A stretch of DNA of 63,714 nucleotides, counting the filler, from Octopus bimaculoides (taxonomy: Eukaryota), in NCBI RefSeq assembly GCF_001194135.2. It is 4 parts of 4 records of this genome, joined end to end, with 100 filler letters (N's around TTAATTAATTAA, not from the genome) between each part and the next. Parts side by side here need not be neighbours in the genome. Positions count along the whole stretch, not along the records: positions 39,337 to 61,201 come from NC_068994.1; 3 more parts are not named here. One strand, given 5' to 3'. Made by a program: the position numbers and the translations under genes. Of this stretch, positions 40,938 through 52,799 are shown piece after piece; position 1 is the stretch's first letter, and the number at the start of each line of letters is the position of its first letter. Under the pieces are notes generated by a model. It was given only the letters and a program-made list of their open reading frames with translations. It was not told the DNA's origin and did not search any database.

Positions 40938-41037
40938 GGGGATCCAAAGAGACGCCCGGGGAGCCAATGAGAGGCTCGGGGAGTCAATGAGAGGCAAGGG
41001 GTACCAATCAGGGGCAAAGAGAGCCATTTATAAAGGC
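40938..41037 (+). promoter_or_regulatory. Putative promoter: 20-bp-periodic CCAAT-box array followed by a TATA box
   Basis: Units at 40938, 40958, 40978, 40998 and 41018; CCAAT at 40964 and 41004, TCAAT at 40984; TATAAA at 41029-41034. Confidence 0.4.
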
Positions 41038-41325
41038 CCGGGACTATTTCCTGTGTCCCTTCAAAAAAAAAAAAGAAATAATAAACCATAATTAGCCTTC
41101 AGTACCCTTGAATTTTGTGAGAGTTCCTCATTCCGGGACCGCGAAAATCGTTTTCTTCTGTTTCGCCAAAATTCTCTTGGGGGTCCCAGGGGTGATCGTC
41201 AACAATTTGTGGTGGGTCTCACTGAAAATAATCGTTAGAGCAGAATCGATAAGCTATAACAAAGAAACAGCGACAGGAAACAACAGAGGAAGAGAAGCCA
41301 GAGCAAATGAGAAGAGCCGTTGAGA

Positions 41326-41336
41326 AACATGGCGGC
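41326..41336 (+). promoter_or_regulatory. YY1-type motif AACATGGCGGC
   Basis: Matches the AANATGGCGGC consensus and lies in a locally CpG-rich island. Confidence 0.4.
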
Positions 41337-41626
41337 CTACGTGTACCAGCGGCGGAAATGGTACTTGACTATTTACTCGACGGGAAAAACGAAGTCTTTC
41401 AGCTGTTATTAGAATGAAGACGAATAATCTCAGATGCCAAGAAGTGAAAATCCTTAGTTGATTTTAGTGGGGGCAAAAGAACGTTGGTGGTTAGTTTTGG
41501 GGTTGGAGAATGTGACACAGAAGCGAAACCACAATTAAGTTTATCACCAATCACAATCGATTCGTGTTTCCGATTCTAGGCTGATGCGTGCGGTTTTCCT
41601 GCAGCAGTTTTCCCGATTGTTTAGGA

Positions 41627-41882
41627 CAGTGGTTCTCAACCATTTTGTAATCTATGGACCTTTTTGATTCTTATTTTACTGGGGTAGACCCTCATAGCCA
41701 CTCGATATTTAAAAAAATCTTATATTTTCTAATAATCAAATATCATTAGGAATTGTATTAAAGAATCGTTAAAATATTTTGAGTATTGAAAAAGTATAAG
41801 CAATTTATTGCAGATAAATTTTGACAACAAAATCTTATATGGATCCCCCAAGTGTTATATGGATCCCAATTGAGAACCGCTA
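41627..41882. mobile_element. 256-bp hAT (Charlie-type) MITE
   Basis: TIRs CAGTGGTTCTCAA / TTGAGAACCGCTA; 8-bp TSD GTTTAGGA (41619-41626) and GCTTAGGA (41883-41890), 7/8 identical. Confidence 0.88.
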
Positions 41883-43347
41883 GCTTAGGAGAAATAGCTG
41901 ACCGGAGACAACGAACTGTTGTGCCTATCTCGACGACCTCCAACGGTTATCGGCAGAAAAAGCGAAATTGTGGCGGGGAAAACCGATAACGGCAGTTTGG
42001 AGAACGGTCGGCAGTGGGTGGGTGAGCGAGGGGCAAATCATCGTCTGGTTCAGATGATCTGCAGTAATAGCTTTATGGAAATAGTCTTATGGAAATATGC
42101 CAGATTCGTTCCTCTTTCTCTTGGCAAACGTTTATCACAACTGGCATTGGACTGGGAACGATTNNNNNNNNNNNNNNNNNNNNNNNNNNNNNNNNNNNNN
42201 NNNNNNNNNNNNNNNNNNNNNNNNNNNNNNNNNNNNNNNNNNNNNNNNNNNNNNNNNNNNNNNNNNNNNNNNNNNNNNNNNNNNNNNNNNNNNNNNNNNN
42301 NNNNNNNNNNNNNNNNNNNNNNNNNNNNNNNNNNNNNNNNNNNNNNNNNNNNNNNNNNNNNNNNNNNNNNNNNNNNNNNNNNNNNNNNNNNNNNNNNNNN
42401 NNNNNNNNNNNNNNNNNNNNNNNNNNNNNNNNNNNNNNNNNNNNNNNNNNNNNNNNNNNNNNNNNNNNNNNNNNNNNNNNNNNNNNNNNNNNNNNNNNNN
42501 NNNNNNNNNNNNNNNNNNNNNNNNNNNNNNNNNNNNNNNNNNNNNNNNNNNNNNNNNNNNNNNNNNNNNNNNNNNNNNNNNNNNNNNNNNNNNNNNNNNN
42601 NNNNNNNNNNNNNNNNNNNNNNNNNNNNNNNNNNNNNNNNNNNNNNNNNNNNNNNNNNNNNNNNNNNNNNNNNNNNNNNNNNNNNNNNNNNNNNNNNNNN
42701 NNNNNNNNNNNNNNNNNNNNNNNNNNNNNNNNNNNNNNNNNNNNNNNNNNNNNNNNNNNNNNNNNNNNNNNNNNNNNNNNNNNNNNNNNNNNNNNNNNNN
42801 NNNNNNNNNNNNNNNNNTGCAGAGAAAACGTTGGCTCTGTCCTTTGACATGCCGCTCTCCACACAGCATAAGAGGAACGTGAAATAAAGTGTTTTGCTCA
42901 AACATACAACACGTCGTCCGGTTAGGAATTCGAACCCACGATATAGCAATCATGAATGCAACACCTTAACCACTAGGCTACGCGCCTTTCCAGAAGATGT
43001 ACGAAAATTCGTTTCTGAAGTGAGGCCCCTGACTCCTCACAGTTAAATTTCGGAGTGACTCTCAAGGGAAAGGGGAGATAATTTATAGAAATTAAGAAAA
43101 AAAATTTTTTTAGTTCTAATTCTCCTCCTTAAAAGGAAAATATGATTTTTGTTAATAGTAACGTTGACAATTATAGACATGTTTCGGTCTTATTGGGCTT
43201 TATCAGTAAATCAAAGTCAGTATCAGCTTTTTTGATCAGTGAATATAATAGAAGTTTCATATAAAGAAACAAAAAAAAAGGAGCAAATGTCAGATTTTCC
43301 CCCAAAAGCGCAAGAATCAAATTGTTAAAAATTAATTCAAAATATCT

Positions 43348-43490
43348 TGTCCTAATTACTAGTTCCTGTCTTAATTACTAGCCTAATTTCTACTCTGCCC
43401 TAATTATAAGCTCCTGTCCTAACTACTAGCCCCTTCTTAATTAGCGACTCGTTTTGTAATTACTTTTCCGTGTCCTAATTATTATTAACC
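43348..43490. repeat. Degenerate ~19-bp minisatellite (TGTCCTAATTACTAGTTCC)
   Basis: Recognisable units at 43348, 43367, 43396, 43415 and ~43471. Confidence 0.7.
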
Positions 43491-44088
43491 ATTGTCGTAA
43501 TCGTTACACACTCCATTCTAAACATAAATTAACATCAAACACACACTTACATATACATACATACATATATATTTGGAACAATTCACGATAAGAATATTGT
43601 TCCAGCGTTCGCTACCTTACTTCGTCTGGCCTATCGCCCCTCCCTGTTTGTTTTGGTTTCGTTTCGTTTGTTGTATGTCCTATTTTTGTTACCAACTTTG
43701 ACCCTCCGCAAATCCCAAATTTTATTTTGGTTTACGGGAGCAACTGTTTCTCAAAGGCACATATTGTCGTGAATTGTTCGAAATGTGGAGTAGATAAACA
43801 GCCGACAACTGATGAAGGGTCATTCTTTATGTTACTTGTTTTGTTTTCCATTTGTTTCTCTCGTTGCTCGTATACTCAGGTTTGCCTTCCTATTTCATGT
43901 TTTCAGACTTCGTATTTCATGTTGTTTACGTTATGTGACGTCCTGTTCCCATATATGCATACATAGGTACAAATATATGTAAGTATGTACATATATGGAT
44001 GTATATATGCATATATAATGTAACCTCGTGGGCATCAGTACCATTTTCCTCTTTCTCCGTTCTTCCATTCTCCGAACTTTCCATCTTT

Positions 44089-44115
44089 CCGACGAAGGGC
44101 TACGCCCGAAACGTC
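44089..44115 (+). ncRNA. Minimal hammerhead-ribozyme-like motif (Penelope pseudo-LTR type)
   Basis: CCGACGA-A-GGGC-TAC-GCCC-GAAAC-GTC: near-core with U4>C, perfect 4-bp stem II, GAAA and a GUC site. Helix I is not evident. Confidence 0.4.
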
Positions 44116-45001
44116 GTACACTCTCTTTTTCACTTCCTGAGCGTCCAATAACACTATCCGTATCACGNNNNNNNNNNNNNNNNNNNNNNNNNNNNNNNNN
44201 NNNNNNNNNNNNNNNNNNNNNNNNNNNNNNNNNNNNNNNNNNNNNNNNNNNNNNNNNNNNNNNNNNNNNNNNNNNNNNNNNNNNNNNNNNNNNNNNNNNN
44301 NNNNNNNNNNNNNNNNNNNNNNNNNNNNNNNNNNNNNNNNNNNNNNNNNNNNNNNNNNNNNNNNNNNNNNNNNNNNNNNNNNNNNNNNNNNNNNNNNNNN
44401 NNNNNNNNNNNNNNNNNNNNNNNNNNNNNNNNNNNNNNNNNNNNNNNNNNNNNNNNNNNNNNNNNNNNNNNNNNNNNNNNNNNNNNNNNNNNNNNNNNNN
44501 NNNNNNNNNNNNNNNNNNNNNNNNNNNNNNNNNNNNNNNNNNNNNNNNNNNNNNNNNNNNNNNNNNNNNNNNNNNNNNNNNNNNNNNNNNNNNNNNNNNN
44601 NNNNNNNNNNNNNNNNNNNNNNNNNNNNNNNNNNNNNNNNNNNNNNNNNNNNNNNNNNNNNNNNNNNNNNNNNNNNNNNNNNNNNNNNNNNNNNNNNNNN
44701 NNNNNNNNNNNNNNNNNNNNNNNNNNNNNNNNNNNNNNNNNNNNNNNNNNNNNNNNNNNNNNNNNNNNNNNNNNNNNNNNNNNNNNNNNNNNNNNNNNNN
44801 NNNNNNNNNNNNTTTATTATTATCCCCCTTTGTCAAATCACAAAGTTACGGAGATGTAAACAAACCAGCACCGGACATCCACAAAGAAAAAGACAGATAC
44901 ACACACCTACATACATACATACATACATACATACATACATTAGACCGGTTTCTGCACAACTTCCGTCCATCAAATTCGCTTTGCCTACTTCCATCAGAAG
45001 T

Positions 45002-45386
45002 GGAGGCGCAATGGCCCAGTGGTTAGGGCAGCGGACTCGCAGTCATAGGATCGCGGTTTCGATTCCCAGACCGGGAGTTGTGAGTGTTTATTGAGCGAAA
45101 ACACCTAAAGCTCCACGAGGCTCCGGCAGGGGATGGTGGCGAACCCTGCTGTACTCTTTCAGCACAACTTTCTCTCACTCTTACTTCCTGTTTCCGTTGT
45201 GTCTGTAATTCAAAGGGTCAGCTTTGTCACACTTTGTGTCACGCTGAATATCCCCGAGAACTACGTTAAGGGTACACGTGTCTGTGGAGTGCTCAGCCTC
45301 TTGCACGTTAATTTCACGAGCAGGCTGTTCCGTTGATCGGATCAACTGGAACCCTCGTCGTCGTAAGCGACGGAGTGCCAACAACA
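45002..45386 (+). mobile_element. SINE family E, near full length (tRNA-derived)
   Basis: ggcgcaatggcccagtggttagggcagcggactc (A box), ggtttcgattccc (B box), ends gacggagtgccaacaacaa. The body matches 62892-63100. Confidence 0.85.
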
Positions 45387-47199
45387 ATTTCCATCAGAGT
45401 AATGTCTTGGCTAAAACTGACGAACGACCATAACAGCGCCACAGATCATAATTCCAACGTCTTTGGCTCTGATGTCGCGTTGCTTCAGTCTGATTTCCGT
45501 GCCAGTATCCTAGACAGAGAATCCGATGAAGACGTGACTAAGCTATTCCTGTAGTGACTCTCTTGGTCACGTCATTGTCGCATTGCATTTTATATTCCCA
45601 CAACTTGTTGTTAGTCATCATTTGGAAGTGTCGGTTCCAATGTGGACGCGACGATCACCGCGTGGAAATGGTATTATTATTCCATACTTCTTGGTCGGAG
45701 TGCTGGTGATACTAAGAAATAGATAGATAGATAGAAAGATGTACGTCGAGTTTCCGCACAATTTCCGTCTACCAGTCTCACTCAGAAAAGCAAGGCGCTG
45801 GTTGACCTTGGGCAATCACAGAAGACATTTACCCCAAATGCTCTGCAGTGGAACTGAACTCAAAGCCTCGTGGCTGGAAAGCGAGTTTCCTGAATGACGT
45901 TTTATTTTTTTATCATAATTCTTTTGATTTCCTGTGTCATTAATCTAACTAATTAACTAGTCTCTTAATTACAACGGCCATATTGGCACCCAGGTAAATC
46001 AAAAAAATGTTATTGATGTTGGTGGTGGTGGCGGAGGAGTCTGGAGAGAAGTTGGAGACAGATAGAGTTGTTATGGGGTTGTTGTTGTTGGTGGTGGCGG
46101 TGGTGGTGAAGCTGGATTAGACAGATCTGAGAAGTGAGGGCTTTCATGCTCTTCTGACAATGCAGGATTTCCGATTTTCTGGGAGAGAAAAGTTGTGGTG
46201 CAGACCTCTTCAACACATACCAACATGAGAAACAGGACATTAAAATGGTGGTGGTAGTGGTGGTGGTGGTGGTGGTGGTTGTGGTGGCGATGATGGTGGT
46301 GGGGTGGTAGTGTGGTGATGATGATGACGATGATTCACACGCACGCACGCACACGCACACACAAATTCCCCTTTGTCAACTTCTAGTCTCCTCACCCCAA
46401 CCCCCACTCTCTCTCTTCCGCTCTCTCCCCCACCTCCACCCACTCATTCTTCCATCTCTCTCTCTTTCTCTTTCCTCTTCCTCCCACCTCACCCCATCAT
46501 CATTGCTTACTTCCCCCCTCCCCGCTTGCCTTTCTGTCTTCCCCTCTCTCCTCTCTCCCCCTCTTTCATAAATTCCTCTAACTACTCCCCACAACCACCA
46601 CCACCTATACGCTCACTCTTTCCCCTCCTACCGCCACCACCACAACTGCCACCACCTGTCTGACAATACCTCCTTACCCTCCTCCACCACTTTAACAACA
46701 CTCTTCCTTCTCCTCCCCTTCACCGCCTCCTACTCTAACTCATTTCCTCTCCCATTTTCATATCCGTCTTTTCTTCTTCTTCTTCTTCTTCTTCTTCTTC
46801 TTCTTCTTCTTCTTCTTTTTCTTCTTCTTTTTCTTCCTTTTCTTCTNNNNNNNNNNTTCTTCTTCTTCTTCTTCTTCTTCTTCTTCTTCTTTTTCTTCTT
46901 CTTTTTCTTCCTTTTCTTCTTCTTCTCTCCTTCTTCTTCATTCTCCTCTTCTACCCTTACTACTACCACTCTAAACCCTCCTACCACCACCACCATCATC
47001 ATCATCAACAACATTAACAATAACTCTACCACTACTACTACTACTACTAACACTATTAATAAGAATTACAATAAACCACCACCACCACCACCACTGCTGC
47101 TGCTGCTTATTCTCCTTTTTATCCCTCATTTGCTATTCCCACCCCTCACATACTTTACCACTCCTTCTCCTCTCTTTTATCTTTCTTCTCTTCCCTTTC

Positions 47200-47395
47200 T
47201 GCACTCCCCCTCCCTCTCTCTAATTCTCTCTTCTACTCTCTCTCTCTCTCTCTCTCCATCGTCTCCACCGCCATCTCACACTGAACGACTCTCTTCCATC
47301 TGACTCTTTCAAACTCATTTAGGCTACTCCACAAAACACACACTTATGACCATTCTGCACATACATACCTAGAAAGATAGATGGATTATATATAC

Positions 47396-47426
<31 letters not shown>

Positions 47427-47517
47427 CATACATACACACACACATATATACATATATATATGTATATATGTATATATATATATGTATATACATACACATA
47501 TGTGTGTATGTATATAC

Positions 47518-47548
<31 letters not shown>

Positions 47549-49711
47549 NNNNNNNNNNNNNNNNNNNNNNNNNNNNNNNNNNNNNNNNNNNNNNNNNNNN
47601 NNNNNNNNNNNNNNNNNNNNNNNNNNNNNNNNNNNNNNNNNNNNNNNNNNNNNNNNNNNNNNNNNNNNNNNNNNNNNNNNNNNNNNNNNNNNNNNNNNNN
47701 NNNNNNNNNNNNNNNNNNNNNNNNNNNNNNNNNNNNNNNNNNNNNNNNNNNNNNNNNNNNNNNNNNNNNNNNNNNNNNNNNNNNNNNNNNNNNNNNNNNN
47801 NNNNNNNNNNNNNNNNNNNNNNNNNNNNNNNNNNNNNNNNNNNNNNNNNNNNNNNNNNNNNNNNNNNNNNNNNNNNNNNNNNNNNNNNNNNNNNNNNNNN
47901 NNNNNNNNNNNNNNNNNNNNNNNNNNNNNNNNNNNNNNNNNNNNNNNNNNNNNNNNNNNNNNNNNNNNNNNNNNNNNNNNNNNNNNNNNNNNNNNNNNNN
48001 NNNNNNNNNNNNNNNNNNNNNNNNNNNNNNNNNNNNNNNNNNNNNNNNNNNNNNNNNNNNNNNNNNNNNNNNNNNNNNNNNNNNNNNNNNNNNNNNNNNN
48101 NNNNNNNNNNNNNNNNNNNNNNNNNNNNNNNNNNNNNNNNNNNNNNNNNNNNNNNNNNNNNNNNNNNNNNNNNNNNNNNNNNNNNNNNNNNNNNNNNNNN
48201 NNNNNNNNNNNNNNNNNNNNNNNNNNNNNNNNNNNNNNNNNNNNNNNNNNNNNNNNNNNNNNNNNNNNNNNNTATATATGCACACACACACAAACATGTC
48301 ACGTTACCTTCCTCTCTAATACTAACCATCTTGCCTTCACTCTCCCTTCACACACACACACTCTCTCTCTCTCTTATATACATTCTCCTGTACATTCTTT
48401 CCTTCTCCCTCTTCTTCTCCATCTCGCTCTCTCTCCCTGTCTCCTTTCAACACACTCTGTCTTCTCTCCCTTTCTCCCTTTCTCCCTCCTCTTTCTTTCT
48501 CACGCACCCAACACATTCTCTCTCTCTCTTAACCTTACTCTTTCTTTAGATCATTATCTCTCTCTTTCTCTCTCTTTTACATACACTTTCCTCTTCAAAT
48601 TTAGTTTCTCTCTACCATTCACCACCACCACCACCACCACCACCTTTATCCTTATGTATGTGTGCCTATCACTTCCTCTCTTTCGTTCTCTCTCTTTCTC
48701 ACCCTTTCTCTCTGTCTGACTGTCAGTCTGTCTGTTTGTCTCTTTAACACACTAACCCTCTCTCTCTCTTTCTCCTTCCTCCACCTCTCACCTTCTTTCT
48801 TCCTCTCTGTCCTCTTCACCCACCCTCCTTTGTCGCTTTGTCTCAATCTTTCTGGCTTACACACACACACACATTCTCTCTCTCTTTCTCTCTCTCTCTC
48901 TCGCTCTCTCTCTCTCATATATATAAATACGTACGTATATATACGTGTGTGCATACATACATATAAACATAATGTATACATACACACATACATGAATAAA
49001 TATACATACGTACATGTATATACATGTCTGTGTATACATATATATATACGTATATATATACACCTATATATATGTTGGTTTTCTCCCTCTGTCTCTTCAC
49101 TGTTTTCGTTACAGTGGCTTCTCTTCTTCTCCCCCTCTCTCTTTGTTCCTGCTTCTCTCCCTCTCTCTTTCTCTCCGTGTAACTCTCGGTCTATCTTCAA
49201 ACTTTTTCTACCCTCCCTCCTCCTCTCCCCTCCACCTCTCTTCTCCCCTTTCTTTCTCTAATCCATTAATGTCTTTCTCTCCTTCTGTTTCTCATTCACT
49301 CTTTCTACATCAAACATTCTCTCTCTCTCTCTCTCTTTCTCTTTTTCTCTCATTCATTTCTGTCTTTGTCTCTCTCTCATTTTCTTTTTCTCTCTATTTC
49401 TCTCTATTTCTACTCCCGTCCTTCTCTCTCTCTCTCTCTTTTTCACTCTCTCTCTATCATATCTCTCCCTATTCACTCTCTGTATCTCACTCTCTCTCAC
49501 TCCCTCTTTGTCTTTACGCCAGACATTCTGTCTGCTTATCTCCCTCCCCCCTCTCTGTCCCTCTCTTTATTTCTATCTCTCTCTCTCATTTTCTCTATTA
49601 CACTTTATCTCTATTTCTCTCCCCTCATTGTCTGACATTCTTTCTCTCTCTCTATCTCTCTCTCTCCATCTTTATCTATCTATATCGTGTATGTTGTCAG
49701 TGTCTGTAAGT

Positions 49712-49763
<52 letters not shown>

Positions 49764-49830
49764 TTCTCTTACGCTTTCTCTCTTTCTCTCTCTCTCTCTG
49801 TCTCCCTACCGCTTCTCTCCTCATCAAATC
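47200..49830. repeat. CT-rich and (TA/CA)n low-complexity domain with gap
   Basis: Direct reading. Confidence 0.9.
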
Positions 49831-50298
49831 CTATAAACTGTTCCCTTCTATTCACAAACTTCTCGCCCCACACCGCTACCATAATCACCNNNNNNNNNNN
49901 NNNNNNNNNNNNNNNNNNNNNNNNNNNNNNNNNNNNNNNNNNNNNNNNNNNNNNNNNNNNNNNNNNNNNNNNNNNNNNNNNNNNNNNNNNNNNNNNNNNN
50001 NNNNNNNNNNNNNNNNNNNNNNNNNNNNNNNNNNNNNNNNNNNNNNNNNNNNNNNNNNNNNNNNNNNNNNNNNNNNNNNNNNNNNNNNNNNNNNNNNNNN
50101 NNNNNNNNNNNNNNNNNNNNNNNNNNNNNNNNNNNNNNNNNNNNNNNNNNNNNNNNNNNNNNNNNNNNNNNNNCACCACCACCACCACCACCACCACCAC
50201 CACTATTTGATGAAGCAGCAAACCGGAAACAGTTTGCAATTTTTAAGAATTAAACGAGTTTTATATGTATGTATATAGACAGACAGACAAATAGATAG

Positions 50299-50330
<32 letters not shown>

Positions 50331-50394
50331 AGCGGTGCTCCAGCATGGTCACAGTCTAACGGCTGAAACGTGTGTGAGAGTAAACGAATAATAG

Positions 50395-50710
50395 GAGTGG
50401 CTGTATGGTAAGAAGCTTGCTTCTCAACCTCATAGTTCTGAGTTCAGTCCCACTGCATGGCACCTTGGGCAAGTGTCTTCTACTATAGCTTTGAGCTGAC
50501 CAAAGCGTTGTGAGTGGTTTTGGTAGTCGGAAACTGAAAGAAGCCTGTCACACACAGACGCACACACATATATACATGTGTGTGTTTGTCCCTTCACCAC
50601 TGCTTGACAACCGGTGTTGGTGAGTTTACGTCCCTGTAAAATAGTGGTTCGGCAAAAGATACTGACAGAGTACGTACCAGGCTTTAAAAAAAGGTACTGA
50701 GGTCGATTTA
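50395..50710 (+). mobile_element. Composite SINE B-C with a short CA/TA spacer
   Basis: B head 50395-50550, C module 50580-50710. Confidence 0.85.
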
Positions 50711-51128
50711 TGCAATAGAAAGACCTGAATAGAACGTCATAATATAATTAGTGCATATGTATTGTTGAAACGCCAGAAGCTGCGGTTTACCGCCTGGGAA
50801 AATCCCTTTCAAGCCGTATAGTGTTAAAACACAAAACGAAATCGCCTCAGAAATGACCACGAGAGCAATAGATTCGTGTCTGGCCATTGTTGTGGCTTAC
50901 CAAAACGTCGCGTACTCGTGTCACATCGGAAACGAAATCGATTTAGCTCTTGTGATCATTTCTGGAATGATTTTTGGTTCGTTTGGCTCTGAATTATGTC
51001 ATGGCTTAACACTACATCGTCTTTAAAGAGACGATAAGCCGCAGATTCTAGTGTTTCACTACGTTACATTAATAACGTATGATAACGAAGATAATAATAA
51101 TAATAACAACAAAAATAAAAATAATAAT

Positions 51129-51312
51129 CCTTTCTACTAAAGGTACCTGAAACTTCGGGGGAGGGGGATAGTTGATTACATTGACCCCAGTACTTGACTG
51201 GTACTTATTTTATCGACCCCAGCGGCATTTGAACTCAGAATGTACAGACGGACGAAATACCGCTAAGCATTTCGCTCGGCGCGCTAACAATTCTATCTGC
51301 TCACCGCCTTAA
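51129..51312 (-). mobile_element. SINE family A
   Basis: Reverse complement of the head and aaggattatt tail, with an internal deletion. Confidence 0.85.
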
Positions 51313-51314
51313 TG

Positions 51315-51368
<54 letters not shown>

Positions 51369-51435
51369 GCCAGACATAGTCTTGATTGAGAAAGAAGACA
51401 AACTATGCTGGATCATAGATATGTTATATATACCC
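51369..51435 (+). mobile_element. Short R4/Dong RLE fragment directly after (TAA)n
   Basis: Translates to PDIVLIEKEDKLCWIIDM, the PD...D endonuclease motif. Confidence 0.75.
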
Positions 51436-51439
51436 AATG

Positions 51440-51825
51440 TTCACGTTCAAGGAAAGAAACTATCCAGGTGAAATTGGCAGAGTAGGTGGCGGTTCTTCTT
51501 TGAAATGTCTGAGTGTAAAATATTGCTTGTGTATGCAGGGAGAGATGGTTTCATCCCTAGTATTTAAGAGGGTATCTGTTAATTTATCAGTGATACAAAG
51601 ATCACATTTGGTACCCCGTCTCCTGTATTTTCTGGCTTTAGCAATGATGCTCCATGTTATCTGGGGGTTACTTACTTCTCCTTCTTTGAATGTCCATATC
51701 ATATTGGATAGGGGCGTCGTATGTCACTTATTTTTTACCCTGAATGACATCAGGTGTTGTGTGTATCTTTCCTTGAACGAGCTTCCTGTCATTCCGATAT
51801 ACGTCTTCGCTACTCAGTTGGATCC
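51440..51825 (-). mobile_element. Penelope-like element GIY-YIG endonuclease C-terminus (decayed)
   Basis: YIGMTGSSFKERYTQHLMSF...*HTTPLSNMIWTFK...ITWSII..ARKY.....CDLCITDK...LLNTRDETISPCIHKQYF, matching PLE motifs YIG.T...FK.R...H..SF, IW.LK, C.LC..EK and LLN.R.E....C.H. Confidence 0.88.
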
Positions 51826-51957
51826 ATGATTTTTGGCCTTGTATATAAGTGGTCGAGAAAAATAGTATCAGTTGAGCCCTGGAGCTATGTAATCGACTCC
51901 TCTCCCACCTAAAATTGTTGACCTTGTATCAAAATTTGAAACCATTTTTATCATTAT

Positions 51958-52180
51958 TAAGGCAGCGAGCTAGAAGAACTGTTATGAGGCCGGATAAAAT
52001 GCTTCACGATATTTCGTCCATATTTACGTTCGGAGCTCAAATTTCGCCAGGGTTGACTTTGCCTTTCATCTTTTATCGGAGCCGATAAAATAGGTACCAG
52101 TAGAGCACTGGGTCAATGCAATCAGCTAATCCCCTCTCCCCACACCAAAAAGTTCAGTCCTTATGCCTATAGTAGGAAAG

Positions 52181-52245
<65 letters not shown>

Positions 52246-52262
52246 CATCATTATTATTATTA

Positions 52263-52312
<50 letters not shown>

Positions 52313-52538
52313 GTTATTATTATTATTATCATTATTATTATTATTATTATTAAGGTAGCGACTTAATACTTCGCGGCATTTCGCCTCTCTTTACGTTCGG
52401 AGTTCAAATTTCGCCGAGGTCAACTTTACCTTTCATCCTCTCAGGGTCGATAAATTAAGTACCAGTTGTGTACTGGAGTCGATGTAATCGACTGGACCCT
52501 TCCCTCCAAATTTCAGGCCTTGTGCCCATAAAAGAAAA

Positions 52539-52595
<57 letters not shown>

Positions 52596-52785
52596 GGCAG
52601 CGACTTAATGCTTCGCGGCATTTCGTCCGTCTTTACGTTCGCCGTGGCGGACTTTGCCTTTCATCATTTGGGGAACGATGAAAATAGTACTAGTTGAGAA
52701 ATGGGGCCGATCTAATCGACTCACCCGCATTCCACCAAAAAAAACCCCAAAATAGCTTGCTCGCCTTGTGCCAAAATTTGAAACC
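51958..52785 (+). mobile_element. Three tandem family A SINEs separated by (ATT)n
   Basis: Copies at 51958-52180, 52352-52540 and 52594-52785. Confidence 0.9.
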
Positions 52786-52799
52786 AAAGTTACAACAGT

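Noticed and set aside
31722-45090. tRNA genes at SINE heads (31722, 32945, 42990, 45002 and others)
   Set aside because: A and B boxes are present, but there is no closed acceptor stem and the sequence continues into SINE bodies.
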